From Armatimonadota bacterium (GTDB taxonomy: Bacteria > Armatimonadota > SYMT01): DNA of 64,000 nucleotides. Location: NCBI GenBank assembly GCA_041690135.1, contig JAWLHY010000011.1:256668-320667 (forward strand), in the 5' to 3' direction. This document shows positions 1 through 10,804 of this stretch, piece after piece; position 1 is the first letter of the stretch, and each line of letters begins with the position of its first letter. Below the pieces are notes generated by a model. That model was not told the DNA's origin and did not search any database. It worked only from the letters and a program-made list of their open reading frames with translations. The translations under genes and the position numbers were made by a program.

Positions 1-84
1 CACCGGTTCGCGGCGGGAAGCCGGCTCGAGCGTACTCAGTTGTGCCAGGGGGACGGTCGTGGATGGGGAGAGCGTGCCTGACAT
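1..84 (-). CDS. Possible 5' end of a gene running off the window edge (MSGTLSPSTTVPLAQL...)
   Basis: ATG at 84 on the minus strand, open to position 1, with a weak AGAGG upstream. Too short to assign a product. Confidence 0.3.
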   Translation of the reverse strand, partial: MSGTLSPSTTVPLAQLSTLEPASRREPV

Positions 85-523
85 AAAGCGGATCAACGAC
101 CTCTAGGGGACACGGCCGTGAGCCGTGCCGCGGTACTGCCGTTCCGGACGGGAGACCCTATGAGCCGATCGAAAGGACTGCCAAACGATAACCGCTACGG
201 TTGGGCGAGTAAACTCGCGGCTGCAAACAGCGACTGCCCAGAGGGCGCCCGCCTGCGTCGGCTGGGAACGGTGTAGCGGATACTCCTTGACGGATCCTAA
301 GGTTTCCTGTGCGGATTGAGGCCTCGGTCTCCGTGCCGGGCCTACCGGTAAGGAGAGCACGCACGGCGGCAAATCACCCGGGTGCTTCTCCAGATTTTCA
401 TGAGTGTACGTCATGGCCGGTACCCTGTCCACCCTGGGGCTCTCGTCCCGCCCCCCGGCGTGGGGCAGCACCGGTTGCCAGGGAGGGAACCAGGACCTCT
501 CTAGCGAATCTTCCCTTCCCGTG

Positions 524-3391
524 ATGAAGTTTGAACGTGTCTTTCTGGGCTGGGAACGCCCTGGGCTCCCTTCCGCCGTCCGGTTCCTCCGCGAGCGCTA
601 CGCCAGCGGCCGGGACTGGGACCTGCGCCGGGTGCTTGTGGTCGTGCCGGGTGGCCGCGCGGCGCGGCGCCTGCTGGAGCTTCTGGCCGAGGAAGCCCCG
701 GCCCGCGAGGATCGTCCGGCGCTGGCCCTGGCGCCGCCGGTGATCGTCACCACCGGCAACCTGCCGGAACAGCTCTATCCCGCGCCGTTGCGGCCGGTGG
801 AGCCGCTGCGCGCGCTCCTGCTCCGGATCCAGGCGCTGCAGGCCCGGCCGGACCTCCTCGCCCGGATCGTGCCGGCGCCGCCCGAGGCTCGCGATCTCCC
901 GGGCTGGGTGTCGCTCGCCCAGGACCTGGAACGGCTCGTGGTGGAACTGGCGGGAGAGGCGCTCACCCCGGCGGATGTGGCGCGGCACTGCCGGACCGCC
1001 GAGACAGCCTACTGCGACGCGGAGCGCTGGGAGGCGTTGGAGGCGCTGCAGCAAGATTACCTGGCGCTGCTGGAAGCCGAGGAGCTCGCCGACCTCCACG
1101 CGGCGCGGTTCCGGGCGCTGGAGGCCGGCGCACCGGCCCCCTTCCGCGACGTGGTGCTGCTGGGGACCGTAGACCTGAACCGGATCAGCCGTCGGCTCCT
1201 GGAGCGGAGCGGGGCTCGGGTGACCGCCCTGGTCCCTGCCTCGGAAGAGGCGGCGGAGGGCTACGACGCCTTCGGCTGCTTGAAGATGGACTGGTGGGAA
1301 GCGCGGCGGATCGAGATTCCCGAGTCAGCCATCCGGATCGTGGACCGTCCCCGCAATCAACTCGAGGCGGTGGTGGAGCGGCTTGCCACCCTCGGCGCAA
1401 ACTGCCGGGCGGACCAGGTTACCCTGGGCGTGGGGGACGCCGTCTTCGCCCCGGCGTTGGAACGGGGCCTGGAGCTGGCCGGCATTCCCGCGCGCTCGGC
1501 CGTGGGCCGGGAGGTGGCTCACACTCGCCCGGTGGTGCTGCTCCGCGCCATTGCCGACTACCTGGAAGACCGGCGCACGGACCGTTTCGCCGCGCTCCTG
1601 CGCCACCCGGACATCGAGGCCTGGCTACTTCATATCCGGGTGATCGGCGAGGGCCATGCCACGCCTTTGCGTGGGGACTGGCTCAAGCTGCTCGATGAAT
1701 ACACCGGCGAACACCTGCCGGTCCACCTGGGCGATTACTGGGCGGAGGACGTTTCCCAGAGAGAAGGGGAGCCTGCTGCGGTACACCACCGGTGGCCGGT
1801 TCTCCAGACCGTGTACTCTGCCATTTCCCGCCTGCTCGCCCCCCTCTCGGGCCGGTCCCGCCCGCTGCGGGAATGGGCATCCCCGCTGGCCGCGCTGCTG
1901 GGGGAGGTGTACGGGGGTCGCGACCTGGACCGGAACCGGCCCGCCGACCTGGAGCTGATCCGCAGCCTGGAAACGGTGGCCCTCCGCCTGCGCGAGTTCG
2001 CGGAGTTGCCGCCGGAAGCCCCCGGCGTCCCGGTGACCGGCGCCTCCCAGGCGCTCGCACTGGTGCTGAACGGCCTGGCGGAAGTCACCCTTCCGGAAGA
2101 GGGAAAGCCCGGCGCGGTGGAGCTGCTGGGCTGGCTGGAGCTGGCGCTGGACGATGCGCCGGTCCTGCTGGTCACCGGCTTCAACGAAGGCTGCATTCCC
2201 GAAAGCGTGAGCGCCGACGCCTTCCTGCCGGACGGTCTGCGCCGGGAGCTGGGGCTGCTGGACAACCGCCGCCGGTACGCGCGCGACGCCGCGATCCTGG
2301 AGGGCCTCGTCCGCAGTCGCGAGCAGTTGCTCCTGGTCGCGGGACGCCGGACCGCCGCGGGAGAACCGCTCGCCCCCAGCCGTCTGTTCTTTGCCTGCGA
2401 CGAGGCGACCCTGATCCGCCGGGCGCTCACCTTCTACGGGGCGGAAGCGGAGGCCGCGGGCGGAGCCGCCGGAGTACCCGCTCCCCGCCTGCTCCTGCCC
2501 GCCGGAGAGAAGTCGCGCTTCCGGGTGCCGCGACCCCGCAAGCCGGAGCGCCCCGTGAACCGGCTGCCGGTGACGGCGTTCCGCTCCTACCTCGCCTGCC
2601 CCTACCGCTTCTACCTGCGCCACGTGCTCAAGCTGGCCGGGCTGGACGATGCCAGGTTGGAGATGGATGGCGGGCTCTTCGGCAACCTGCTGCACGACGT
2701 GGTTCGCGACTGGGGCCGCGGCCCGCTCGTGGACACCACCAATCCCGCCCTACTGGCGGAAGAGCTCGGCACGTGTCTCGACCACCTGGCCCGGGAGCGG
2801 TTCGGTCCGGAGCGGCTTCCCGCGGTCGAGATCCAGTTGTACCAGGCCCGCCGTCGCCTCCAATCGTTCGCCCGGTGGCAGGCCGCGCACGCGGCGGAGG
2901 GCTGGCGGATCGAATGGGTAGAGGCCGACCTGGAAGCCACCGTGGAGGTGGACGGCGAGCCGTTTACCCTCCATGGCCGGGTCGACCGGATCGACGTCCA
3001 CCCAGACCTGGGTTGTCTCGTGCTGGATTACAAAACGGGCGATATGGGCCGCGGTCCGGAAGAAGTCCACCGCACCGGCCGGAAGGGTGCACGCACCTGG
3101 GCCGATCTTCAGCTTCCCCTTTACCGCCGCCTCGCCGCCTCCCTCGACATCGAGCCCCAATCGGTGCGGCTGGGGTACCTCTGCCTCCCACGCGACCTGG
3201 GCGCCCCGACCCTGCTGGAGGCGGAATGGACGGAGGCGGAGTTGGCGGAGGCCGAAGCGGAGGCCCTCCGCGTGATCCGCGAGATCCGGATCGGAGAGTT
3301 CTGGCCCCCGAAGCCCGCGCCCCTCTACACGGATGACTTTAGCGGGATCTGCCTCGACCGCTGTCTCGACCGTGAGGCGCTGCTGCAATGA
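524..3391 (+). CDS. addB: AddB/RexB-like ATP-dependent helicase/nuclease subunit with C-terminal PD-(D/E)XK nuclease domain
   Basis: About 955 aa ORF, likely starting MKFERVFLGW. C-terminal 'FRSYLACPYRFYL...GRVDRID...LDYKTG...QLPLY' nuclease motifs. Overlaps the downstream UvrD-type gene (ATGA). Confidence 0.85.
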   Translation: MKFERVFLGWERPGLPSAVRFLRERYASGRDWDLRRVLVVVPGGRAARRLLELLAEEAPAREDRPALALAPPVIVTTGNLPEQLYPAPLRPVEPLRALLLRIQALQARPDLLARIVPAPPEARDLPGWVSLAQDLERLVVELAGEALTPADVARHCRTAETAYCDAERWEALEALQQDYLALLEAEELADLHAARFRALEAGAPAPFRDVVLLGTVDLNRISRRLLERSGARVTALVPASEEAAEGYDAFGCLKMDWWEARRIEIPESAIRIVDRPRNQLEAVVERLATLGANCRADQVTLGVGDAVFAPALERGLELAGIPARSAVGREVAHTRPVVLLRAIADYLEDRRTDRFAALLRHPDIEAWLLHIRVIGEGHATPLRGDWLKLLDEYTGEHLPVHLGDYWAEDVSQREGEPAAVHHRWPVLQTVYSAISRLLAPLSGRSRPLREWASPLAALLGEVYGGRDLDRNRPADLELIRSLETVALRLREFAELPPEAPGVPVTGASQALALVLNGLAEVTLPEEGKPGAVELLGWLELALDDAPVLLVTGFNEGCIPESVSADAFLPDGLRRELGLLDNRRRYARDAAILEGLVRSREQLLLVAGRRTAAGEPLAPSRLFFACDEATLIRRALTFYGAEAEAAGGAAGVPAPRLLLPAGEKSRFRVPRPRKPERPVNRLPVTAFRSYLACPYRFYLRHVLKLAGLDDARLEMDGGLFGNLLHDVVRDWGRGPLVDTTNPALLAEELGTCLDHLARERFGPERLPAVEIQLYQARRRLQSFARWQAAHAAEGWRIEWVEADLEATVEVDGEPFTLHGRVDRIDVHPDLGCLVLDYKTGDMGRGPEEVHRTGRKGARTWADLQLPLYRRLAASLDIEPQSVRLGYLCLPRDLGAPTLLEAEWTEAELAEAEAEALRVIREIRIGEFWPPKPAPLYTDDFSGICLDRCLDREALLQ

Positions 3392-6300
3392 CGCGGACCG
3401 CTCCCACCCTCGAAGCGATGCGGGCCTCGGCGGGGTCCGGTAAGACCTACAGTCTCACCACGCGCTACCTACGCATCCTCCAGCGCGGCGAGACCCCCGA
3501 CCGGGTGCTCGCGACCACCTTCACCCGCAAGGCAGCCGGTGAGATCCTGGGCCGGGTCCTCCAACGCCTGGCCGAGGCGGCGGACGCCGAAGAACCATCG
3601 ACCGCCCTGGCCCGCGACCTGGGCGATCCCCGCCTGCAGCGGGACGACTTCCGGCGACAGCTCGCCGACCTCTGCCGCACGCTCCACCGGGTTTCGATCT
3701 CCACGCTGGACAGCTTCTTCAGCCGCCTCTCCCAGAGCTTCCGGCACGAGCTGCAGTTCCCGTCCGGGGCGCTGCTGATGGAGGCCGAGAGCCCCACCGC
3801 GATGCAGCTCCGCTTGGAGGCGGTGCGCGCCGTGCTGGCCGAGGGCCCGCTGGAAGAGCTGATCCAACTGCTGGACCAGCTCCAGCAGGGGCGGGCGCAG
3901 TCTTCCGTGACCCACGCCCTGGACGGGATGATCTCCCAGCTCTACGAGGTGTTCCGGCAGGCCCCGCGAGAGGCGTGGTTTGCCCTGCGCGCCCCGGAGA
4001 CCCCGGACGACGAAGCGGTGGCGCGGATCCTCACCGGGCTGGAGCGAAGCGCCGCGACCGCCACCGACAAGCGGCTCGTGAAGGCGATCCAGGGAGACGC
4101 GCAGCGCGCCCGCGACGGGGACTGGGGCGGCTTCTTGAGTAAGGGCTTGGCGCCGAAGGTGATGGAAAACCTCACCTACTACAACAAGCCGATCCCGGAC
4201 GAAATCGCGATGTTGTACCACGGCCTCATCGACCGGGGTCGGGCGGAGTTGATTCAGCGCATCCGGAGCCAGACCGAGGCCACGTACCACCTGCTCCGGC
4301 GTTTCGACCAGCACTACCGGGAGCTGCGCCGCCGGAGACGGGCGCTGCTCTTCTCCGACGTGCCGTATGCCCTCTCGGCCTTCCTGGCGGACCGGCCGCT
4401 CGAGGAAGTGGCATACCGGCTGGACGGCCGGGTCGATCACCTGTTGCTGGACGAGTTCCAGGACACCAGCCCGGAACAGTGGGAGATCCTGCGCCCCTTC
4501 GCGCGCCGGATCGCCGAGCGCTCCGCGGGAGGCGGCACGGCGACCGGCTCGCTGTTCTGCGTGGGGGACGTAAAACAGGCGATCTATGGCTGGCGCGGCG
4601 GCTGCGCGGAGATCTTCAACCAACTCGATGCGGACCTGGGAGGGCTGGCGTGGGAGAGCACCGAGCGGAGCTATCGCTCCTCGCAGGTGGTGCTGGACGC
4701 CGTCAACCGCGTCTTCGGCACCCTGACCACCAACCCGATCCTCAACGAGTGTGCGGTGGACGCGGAAGCATGGCAGGCCGGCTTCCAGGAGCACGTCGCC
4801 GTCAAGACGCTGCCCGGGTTCGTCGAGCTGGTCACCTCCCCCGCCGCGCCGGGAGAGGAGGGAGAGGCGGAGGGCCCGGCGTCCGCCGGCGGTGAGGAAG
4901 TCGGCGGGGAGAGCCGGCCCGGCGGGCACGAGCAGTGCGTGGCGAAGCGGATCGCGCAACTGGCGAAGGACCACCCCACCGCCTCGATCGGCGTGCTGAT
5001 GCGGACCAACGACGCTGTCCGCCGGATGATCTTCCTCCTGCAAAAGCTGAACGTCAGTGCCAGCGGCGAAGGCGGCAGCTCCGTGGACGACGACCCGGCC
5101 GTAGAGGCGATCCTCGCCGCCCTCACGCTGGCCGACCATCCGGGAAATACCGCCGCCCTGTTCCACGTCCGGAACACTCCCCTGGCGCCGCTCCTCGGAT
5201 TGGAGAACGACCGCCCGGAGCACGCCGCCGAGGTGGCGCGCCGGGTCCGGACGCTGCTCCTGGTGGAAGGCTACCCGGCGGCGATCGGGGAGTGGGCCCG
5301 CCGCCTCGCCCCGGAATGCGACGTGCGGGGAGCCCAGCGCCTGGCGCAGCTCGTGGACCTGGCGGAGCTTTACGAGACCGGGGCGGGCCTGCGCCCCTCC
5401 GATTTCGTGCGGTTCGTCCGCGCCACCCCTGTGGAAGAGCCGGTCCCCGCCCGCGTCCGCGTGATGAGCATCCACAAGTCCAAGGGCCTGGAGTTCGACG
5501 TGGTGGTCCTGCCCGAACTGCACAAGAAGATCGCGGCCATCTCCCCGGTCCTCCTGGTGGATCGCCCGGCACCCACGGCGCCGATCTGCGCGGTCTACCG
5601 CTGTCCGGACAAGGAGATCCGCGCCGCCATCCCGGAGCTGCAGCAGGCGTACGCGGGCCACCGGAGCCGCGAGATCTGCGAGAGCCTTTGCCTGCTTTAC
5701 GTCGCCCTGACCCGGGCCCGCAGCGCGCTCCACCTGATCATTCCGCCCCTCCAACAGACTGAGAAGGGAGCCGTCCGCAAAGAGTCGCTCTCCCATGCCG
5801 CCCTCCTCCGGGCCGCCCTGCGCGCGCCAGACGTGGAAGAGGGCTTCGAGGGTGGGCAGGTGCTCTACCAGGCCGGAGACCCGCGCTGGGACCGGGGCAC
5901 GGATCGCCGGTCCGGGCCCACCGCGGCAGCCCCCGCTCCCCCCGTGGTGCCGCTGGCCCCCATCCGCCTCGCCCCGGCCGAGGGGACCGAGCAGCGCGGC
6001 TGGCGCACGATCCGCCCATCGGACCTGGAGAACGGCGGTCGGGTACGTGCGGCCCGGCTCCTGGAGTTGGAGGATACCGAGGCCCAGCGGTTCGGGACCC
6101 TGATCCACGCCTGGTTCGAGCAGGTGACCTGGACCGGCGAACCCCTGCCGCCGGACGAGGAGCTGCTCCGGATCGGCGCCCGCGTCGTGCCGGATCAGGA
6201 AGAGACCTGGTATGCCGCCTCCCTAGAGGCGTTCCGCGGGATGCTGGAGCTGCCTGGCGTCCGGGATGCCCTCCAGCGCCCGGAAACGGTAGTCCCTGAT

Positions 6301-6612
6301 GAGGAGCAAGAAGCGCCCGCCGTCGAACTCTGGCGCGAGCGCCCCTTCGTGGCCCGGGTCGACGGCGCCCTCATGCAAGGAATCTTCGACCGGGTGGTCC
6401 TCCACCGCCGCTCTGAGGAAGTGACCGCCGCGGAGATCCTGGACTTCAAAACCGACGAAGTCTCTTCCGACGATCTCTCCCCACTGGTCGAGACCTATCG
6501 TCCGCAACTCGAAGCCTACCGCCGCGCCCTTTCGGTTCTCCTGGACCTTCCCACCGAGAAGATCCAGGCCCGGCTGCTCCTCGTCCGCCCGGGATTAGTG
6601 GTGACGATATAG
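3388..6612 (+). CDS. addA: AddA/RecB-like UvrD helicase-nuclease
   Basis: Helicase motifs ASAGSGKT (Walker A), TFTRKAA, LLDEFQDT, VGDVKQAIYGWRG, MSIHKSKGLEF and LYVALTRA. C-terminal nuclease GIFDRV...DFKTD...QLEAY. Confidence 0.92.
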   Translation: MTRTAPTLEAMRASAGSGKTYSLTTRYLRILQRGETPDRVLATTFTRKAAGEILGRVLQRLAEAADAEEPSTALARDLGDPRLQRDDFRRQLADLCRTLHRVSISTLDSFFSRLSQSFRHELQFPSGALLMEAESPTAMQLRLEAVRAVLAEGPLEELIQLLDQLQQGRAQSSVTHALDGMISQLYEVFRQAPREAWFALRAPETPDDEAVARILTGLERSAATATDKRLVKAIQGDAQRARDGDWGGFLSKGLAPKVMENLTYYNKPIPDEIAMLYHGLIDRGRAELIQRIRSQTEATYHLLRRFDQHYRELRRRRRALLFSDVPYALSAFLADRPLEEVAYRLDGRVDHLLLDEFQDTSPEQWEILRPFARRIAERSAGGGTATGSLFCVGDVKQAIYGWRGGCAEIFNQLDADLGGLAWESTERSYRSSQVVLDAVNRVFGTLTTNPILNECAVDAEAWQAGFQEHVAVKTLPGFVELVTSPAAPGEEGEAEGPASAGGEEVGGESRPGGHEQCVAKRIAQLAKDHPTASIGVLMRTNDAVRRMIFLLQKLNVSASGEGGSSVDDDPAVEAILAALTLADHPGNTAALFHVRNTPLAPLLGLENDRPEHAAEVARRVRTLLLVEGYPAAIGEWARRLAPECDVRGAQRLAQLVDLAELYETGAGLRPSDFVRFVRATPVEEPVPARVRVMSIHKSKGLEFDVVVLPELHKKIAAISPVLLVDRPAPTAPICAVYRCPDKEIRAAIPELQQAYAGHRSREICESLCLLYVALTRARSALHLIIPPLQQTEKGAVRKESLSHAALLRAALRAPDVEEGFEGGQVLYQAGDPRWDRGTDRRSGPTAAAPAPPVVPLAPIRLAPAEGTEQRGWRTIRPSDLENGGRVRAARLLELEDTEAQRFGTLIHAWFEQVTWTGEPLPPDEELLRIGARVVPDQEETWYAASLEAFRGMLELPGVRDALQRPETVVPDEEQEAPAVELWRERPFVARVDGALMQGIFDRVVLHRRSEEVTAAEILDFKTDEVSSDDLSPLVETYRPQLEAYRRALSVLLDLPTEKIQARLLLVRPGLVVTI

Positions 6613-6703
6613 CCTTGTGGTACGTTGTCTTCCGTGGTGGTGAAGCAAGCCGTGACAAACGGACACGACTCCGTTCCATGCCCGGCGCATGCGTCCGTAG
6701 GGA

Positions 6704-7039
6704 AGTCCCCGAGGTATCTGGGCTCTGCAGAAAACTATTGGATTTCGCCCCACCCCAAACCGGTACCGGCGAAGGATCTGAGAGGGGGCTTCTTGCCGAG
6801 GTAGCCCTCGGACTCCGGGCAGGGTTCAGGCTGTTAGCTGAGTTACCGGAAAGGGGCTCTAACACGTACGCCGGGCACGTGCCCGGACGCAGTCGTGGTA
6901 ATCAAGACTCGATCATGAATCATGCCCGGAGTCCCCGAGATATCGGGGCACTGCAAAAGGCCTTTGGAATGCGCCCCACCCCAGAACGGTACCGGCAGAA
7001 GTCCGAGAAGAGGTTCGTTGCCGAGGTATCCCTCGGACT
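6704..7039. repeat. Degenerate direct repeat of about 110 bp (6704-6814 and 6930-7039)
   Basis: Both units read agtccccgagRtatc.gggc.ctgca...cgccccacccca.a.cggtaccggc...ttgccgaggta.ccctcggact. Confidence 0.8.
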
Positions 7040-7260
7040 TCCAACGTCCTGGGGGCACCCGACGCATGCGCCGGGAAAAGTACAAGATGCTGTCCTGTTT
7101 GCCAGGAAGGGGTTCTGGCGCGTGAGGCTCGTGTCGCCTCGCGAGCCGTTCTTAATCCCGGGCCGGGGTTTGGAGATGCGCCGAGGAGGGTACTACGCGC
7201 ATGACAACCACATATCTGCCGCAATGACAGCCACGGGCGGGTGAGGCTAGGCCCCCACCC

Positions 7261-7575
7261 GTGGCTGTTCTTCCATTCACCGAGTTGTTAGTGGTGGACA
7301 CGCAAAAGCCAAACCGACCGGCCATTCCCGACGATGAGCTTCAGATCCTGCTGGCCTTAAGCTTCCTGGCGGACGAGTGCGCCGAGGAGGGAGACGCCGA
7401 CGCCGGCTTCCGCAAGTTGCTGCACGGCCTCAACCGGGCCTGTGCCGCCCGCCGCGCGGGCGCGGAGTGGGGCGCCGAGCTCCTGAACCGCTACAGCGAA
7501 GAGCTGATCGCCTTCGCGGCCCGCTACTGTCCCCGGCGGGTGGACGACGATCTCAAACCGCCGTCCATCCACTAA
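7261..7575 (+). CDS. Small hypothetical protein, paralog of 10805..11029
   Basis: Coding-like codon usage and an ungapped match to the 10805 ORF. Start codon uncertain. Confidence 0.7.
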   Translation: MAVLPFTELLVVDTQKPNRPAIPDDELQILLALSFLADECAEEGDADAGFRKLLHGLNRACAARRAGAEWGAELLNRYSEELIAFAARYCPRRVDDDLKPPSIH

Positions 7576-7597
7576 GACCCGTAAGACCCGGGGTTAT

Positions 7598-9910
7598 CTA
7601 CATTTCCCCCACCACCATGGAGTGCACGTCGAGGCGGGGGACGATCACCGTGGTGCCGGCCGCAGACCGCTTCACGGGGAGCGTTTTCCCTTCCGGCTCC
7701 AGGCGGACGCGCTTGAAGCGGTACTCCGGCCGGAAGGTGACCTGGATGTCGTGGATCGGCACCACTTCTTCCCGGAGCGGAACGTCGTCCGTGGCGAGCG
7801 CGTGGTGGGCCGTGGTGTTCAGGTCGTTGAACAGGTGGACGATCACCCGCTCCGCCTTCCCCTTCTTCTGCCGCATCACGGTGGAATGGACGCACATCGG
7901 CGCGGTGATCTCCACCGGGCGCGGGGCGGAAGCGGCCCACTCCACGGCGTGGCGCAGGGCGAGTCGCTGGTAGGGATAGGCGTAGAGGTAGTAGCCGGAG
8001 TCGAGCCCCGCCGCGAAGTAGACTACCTTCCCTTTGCCGTGGGTCCGGCTGACTACGCCCGGCAGCTCCGCGGCGCCCGCCACGCCTTTCGCAACCAGGG
8101 TGCCGGCTACCCGCGCCTGCGGGTCCTTCCGGGCGACCCGGACGGCGGCTCCCTTGAAGGTGACCGGTTGGTCGCCCACGTAAGTCTTCATCCGGCCCTG
8201 GTTCAGGAACGAGGAGACGTCCTGCTTGAAATCGAAGACGTTCTTCCGCTTCTCCCAGTAGTCGGGCGGAATCGCCTGGGCAAAGTTGACGTCGAGCTCC
8301 GCCTTCGGCCCCGCCGCGGTGTCGGGAATCCCCTGGTAATCCACCCCCAGCACGGAGCCCAGCGCGAAGTTCTTGCGCGGGTTGCCGTACTCATCGAACA
8401 GCGAGGTGTCGAGGCTGGCGACCAGCCCGCCGCCGTTCCGGACGAACTGCTCCACCGCGGCCACCTGCGCGTCGTCGAGGCAGGCGGTGTTGGGGAGGAT
8501 CAGCACCTTATACCGGGCGAGGTCGGCGGCATTGAGGTTCCAATCGTTGATCACCGTGATGGGTAGGTGCTCCTCCACCGCGGCCCGGAAGGCGCCGAAG
8601 ACGTGCGACATGTAGCGCTCTTCTACGAGACCGGCGGACCGGCCGTAGAAGTTACGGGTGTTGTCGCTCATCACCAGGGCGGCCCAAGGCTCCGGGCTTT
8701 TGTGGGTGAGCCACGGCTTGCGGCGCTGCAGCTCATCCATGCAGCGGTACAGCTCCTCCTGCAGGTGAGGGGGCTGGATAACCGCGATGCTGGGAGAGGC
8801 GCCGTAGGTGAGCGCCAGCATCATCCGCCGCAGTATCTCCTGCGGCGGGAAGCTGTCCTTGCCGTAGGGATTGCCGTGGCTGAGGAGGTATGGCTCGCTG
8901 AACGCCACCCGGTGGTTGGTGACCGCCCACATGTAAGCATTGGCGAAAGCGGGAACAATGGTGGTGCCGCGGTTCGTTTCGTCCAGCCAAAACTCCTGGT
9001 CCGGCGCGTCGAGCAGCAGGTTCATCCGCGCCGGCATGTTCCGGGGGATGCTGAGGAAGTGCCCGAACCGGCCGGCGTTGGTGGTCCAGGACACCAGCGC
9101 CACGTCCGGCTTGATCCCCTTGAGGCGGGTCTGCATCCGCTGGATCAGGTTCTCCATCCGCCGGTCCGCCCAGTGCTGGTAGCGGCGGAAGGCCGGGTCG
9201 TTCAGATCGGGGTTGGGGATCTCCGCGCCCGTATCTTTCCGGTAGTTGTCCCGGCAGAATCCGCAGTAGCAGACACCCCCATAGTGGAGACCGTCGAAGC
9301 TGAAGGCGTCCACCTGTGGGTACTTCGTGAGGATTTCCGCCCCCACCTCGATGAAGAAGTCGCCGTAGGGGCCCAGCAGGCAGAGCATGCCGCCGTGCGG
9401 GTACTGCTTCAGGTCGATGGAGGGGATCTCGCGGGTGTTGGTCGCGATCCGCCGCCACTCCGGATGGTCCTCGTACACCTCTCCCTGGAGACACGGCGGG
9501 TAGGTAGCCAGGATACGCACTCCCAACCGCTGGTATTCCGCTATGTCCTTCTCCACCTTGCCCGGGGGCACGTGCGGGCTGCGGCGCTTGAACAGCTTGC
9601 TGTCGTAGTAGGCATAGAAGGGGTCCACAAACCCCAGCTCACTGAGCGTGACCCCATGCTTCGCCGCGGCCTCCCGTGCCTTCGTATTCATCACGGAAAG
9701 GGTGTAGCCGCAGCCGACCGTCTCCTGCAGCCAGTCCGGCACGCGCACCTGCCGGAACGGAGCGGTGTCGAACGGCTGCGCCATGATCGGGGCGTCCCAG
9801 ATTGCCCTCGGCGCGGCGGCCTTCTTTTCCGTGACCGTTTTCTCGGCGGAACCGGCAACCGCGGTGAGGACGGAGCAGAGGAGCAGCAGGCAGAAGGGTG
9901 TGTGTCGCAT
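7598..9910 (-). CDS. Secreted putative glycoside hydrolase (GHL6/GH42-like) with beta-galactosidase trimerization domain
   Basis: Signal peptide, TIM-barrel segment with VDAFSFDG, Zn-type motif CYCGFC, and a class I glutamine-amidotransferase-like 'YKVLILPNTACL...FVRNGGGLVAS' domain. Confidence 0.75.
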   Translation of the reverse strand: MRHTPFCLLLLCSVLTAVAGSAEKTVTEKKAAAPRAIWDAPIMAQPFDTAPFRQVRVPDWLQETVGCGYTLSVMNTKAREAAAKHGVTLSELGFVDPFYAYYDSKLFKRRSPHVPPGKVEKDIAEYQRLGVRILATYPPCLQGEVYEDHPEWRRIATNTREIPSIDLKQYPHGGMLCLLGPYGDFFIEVGAEILTKYPQVDAFSFDGLHYGGVCYCGFCRDNYRKDTGAEIPNPDLNDPAFRRYQHWADRRMENLIQRMQTRLKGIKPDVALVSWTTNAGRFGHFLSIPRNMPARMNLLLDAPDQEFWLDETNRGTTIVPAFANAYMWAVTNHRVAFSEPYLLSHGNPYGKDSFPPQEILRRMMLALTYGASPSIAVIQPPHLQEELYRCMDELQRRKPWLTHKSPEPWAALVMSDNTRNFYGRSAGLVEERYMSHVFGAFRAAVEEHLPITVINDWNLNAADLARYKVLILPNTACLDDAQVAAVEQFVRNGGGLVASLDTSLFDEYGNPRKNFALGSVLGVDYQGIPDTAAGPKAELDVNFAQAIPPDYWEKRKNVFDFKQDVSSFLNQGRMKTYVGDQPVTFKGAAVRVARKDPQARVAGTLVAKGVAGAAELPGVVSRTHGKGKVVYFAAGLDSGYYLYAYPYQRLALRHAVEWAASAPRPVEITAPMCVHSTVMRQKKGKAERVIVHLFNDLNTTAHHALATDDVPLREEVVPIHDIQVTFRPEYRFKRVRLEPEGKTLPVKRSAAGTTVIVPRLDVHSMVVGEM

Positions 9911-10192
9911 GAGATGAGCGTGGGATCGCGGCTGGACGGCCCCGGTGCCGCCGGGGGGTTGTGAAACCGCACTGCGGTGGAGGTTTCAGTAACAGCCGTC
10001 CCCTAGTCTCAATCCACACCCCACCAGGTAGGGGATCCCAGCAGACAACGAGAATCCTTTCCTGCGGATTCCGTGCCGGAGTCACGACCCACACCCTGCT
10101 ACGGGTGGGTTCGGAACCTTCATCTGCGGTCATCTGTGGACTTACCGGCTCCCAACCGCACTCCCCCAGCAGGGGAGAGATAGAAACCACGC

Positions 10193-10579
10193 ATGCGGCT
10201 CCAGCGGAAACAGTACTCCACCAAACCGGAAGATCTCAACGAGGTTACGGGGCGACAACTCGCAGCGGCGCGGGCCGCCGATGCGGCCTGGAGAGCGGAA
10301 CAGCACGGGATATGGGCACGCCGCGTGTGGCGGGCCAGGCGGGTGGAGGTGGGCATCCACCGCTATCTTGGCATTGCATATCCTGTCGCTATCTATGGAA
10401 TCTGGGCGGTGTTGGCCGTCACGGTGTATTACAAGCGGCCGATCTACTGGCTGTTCTACGCGTGGCTGGGGATCATCGCTTCTGTCTTGCTGGGGTTGGC
10501 CGCCATGTTCCTGGCAAGCGCGGCTCAGCGCAGGATCCGGCGGGCCGCGAAAGGCGAAGGGGTGGACCTTGGTGCGTGA
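10193..10579 (+). CDS. Hypothetical membrane protein (2 TM)
   Basis: 128 aa ORF with two hydrophobic segments. Confidence 0.55.
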   Translation: MRLQRKQYSTKPEDLNEVTGRQLAAARAADAAWRAEQHGIWARRVWRARRVEVGIHRYLGIAYPVAIYGIWAVLAVTVYYKRPIYWLFYAWLGIIASVLLGLAAMFLASAAQRRIRRAAKGEGVDLGA

Positions 10580-10804
10580 GGGCGTACCGACCCGCCCGGT
10601 GTGACCACGGTCTCTCTTCGATCTTACAAAAGGCCGGCTTTCGGATATACTCCTCGTAGATCATTCGGATTCTTCCCGATACTGTGTTTCAGGATTCTGT
10701 CCCGATAGTCGCCTCCCGACGGTGGTCACGGTACCTGCAAACCAGCCCCGAGCGCCTCCGGATGGCGAGCATCTCTCTTTGGACGAGCCGCGGGAGGTTT
10801 CTCC

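Noticed and set aside
100-400. Possible tmRNA or other structured RNA (an 'NDNRY...LAAA'-like reading)
   Set aside because: No tRNA-like 5' and 3' ends or T-loop, and no stop codon after the would-be tag.
1792-3336. 514 aa plus-strand ORF inside addB
   Set aside because: Arg/Gly/Pro-rich off-frame artefact.
3469-6108. 879 aa minus-strand ORF
   Set aside because: Antisense shadow of addA, expected in high-GC DNA; no motifs.
6615-7244. 209 aa ORF after addA
   Set aside because: It spans the direct repeat, has atypical codons and shows no domain features.
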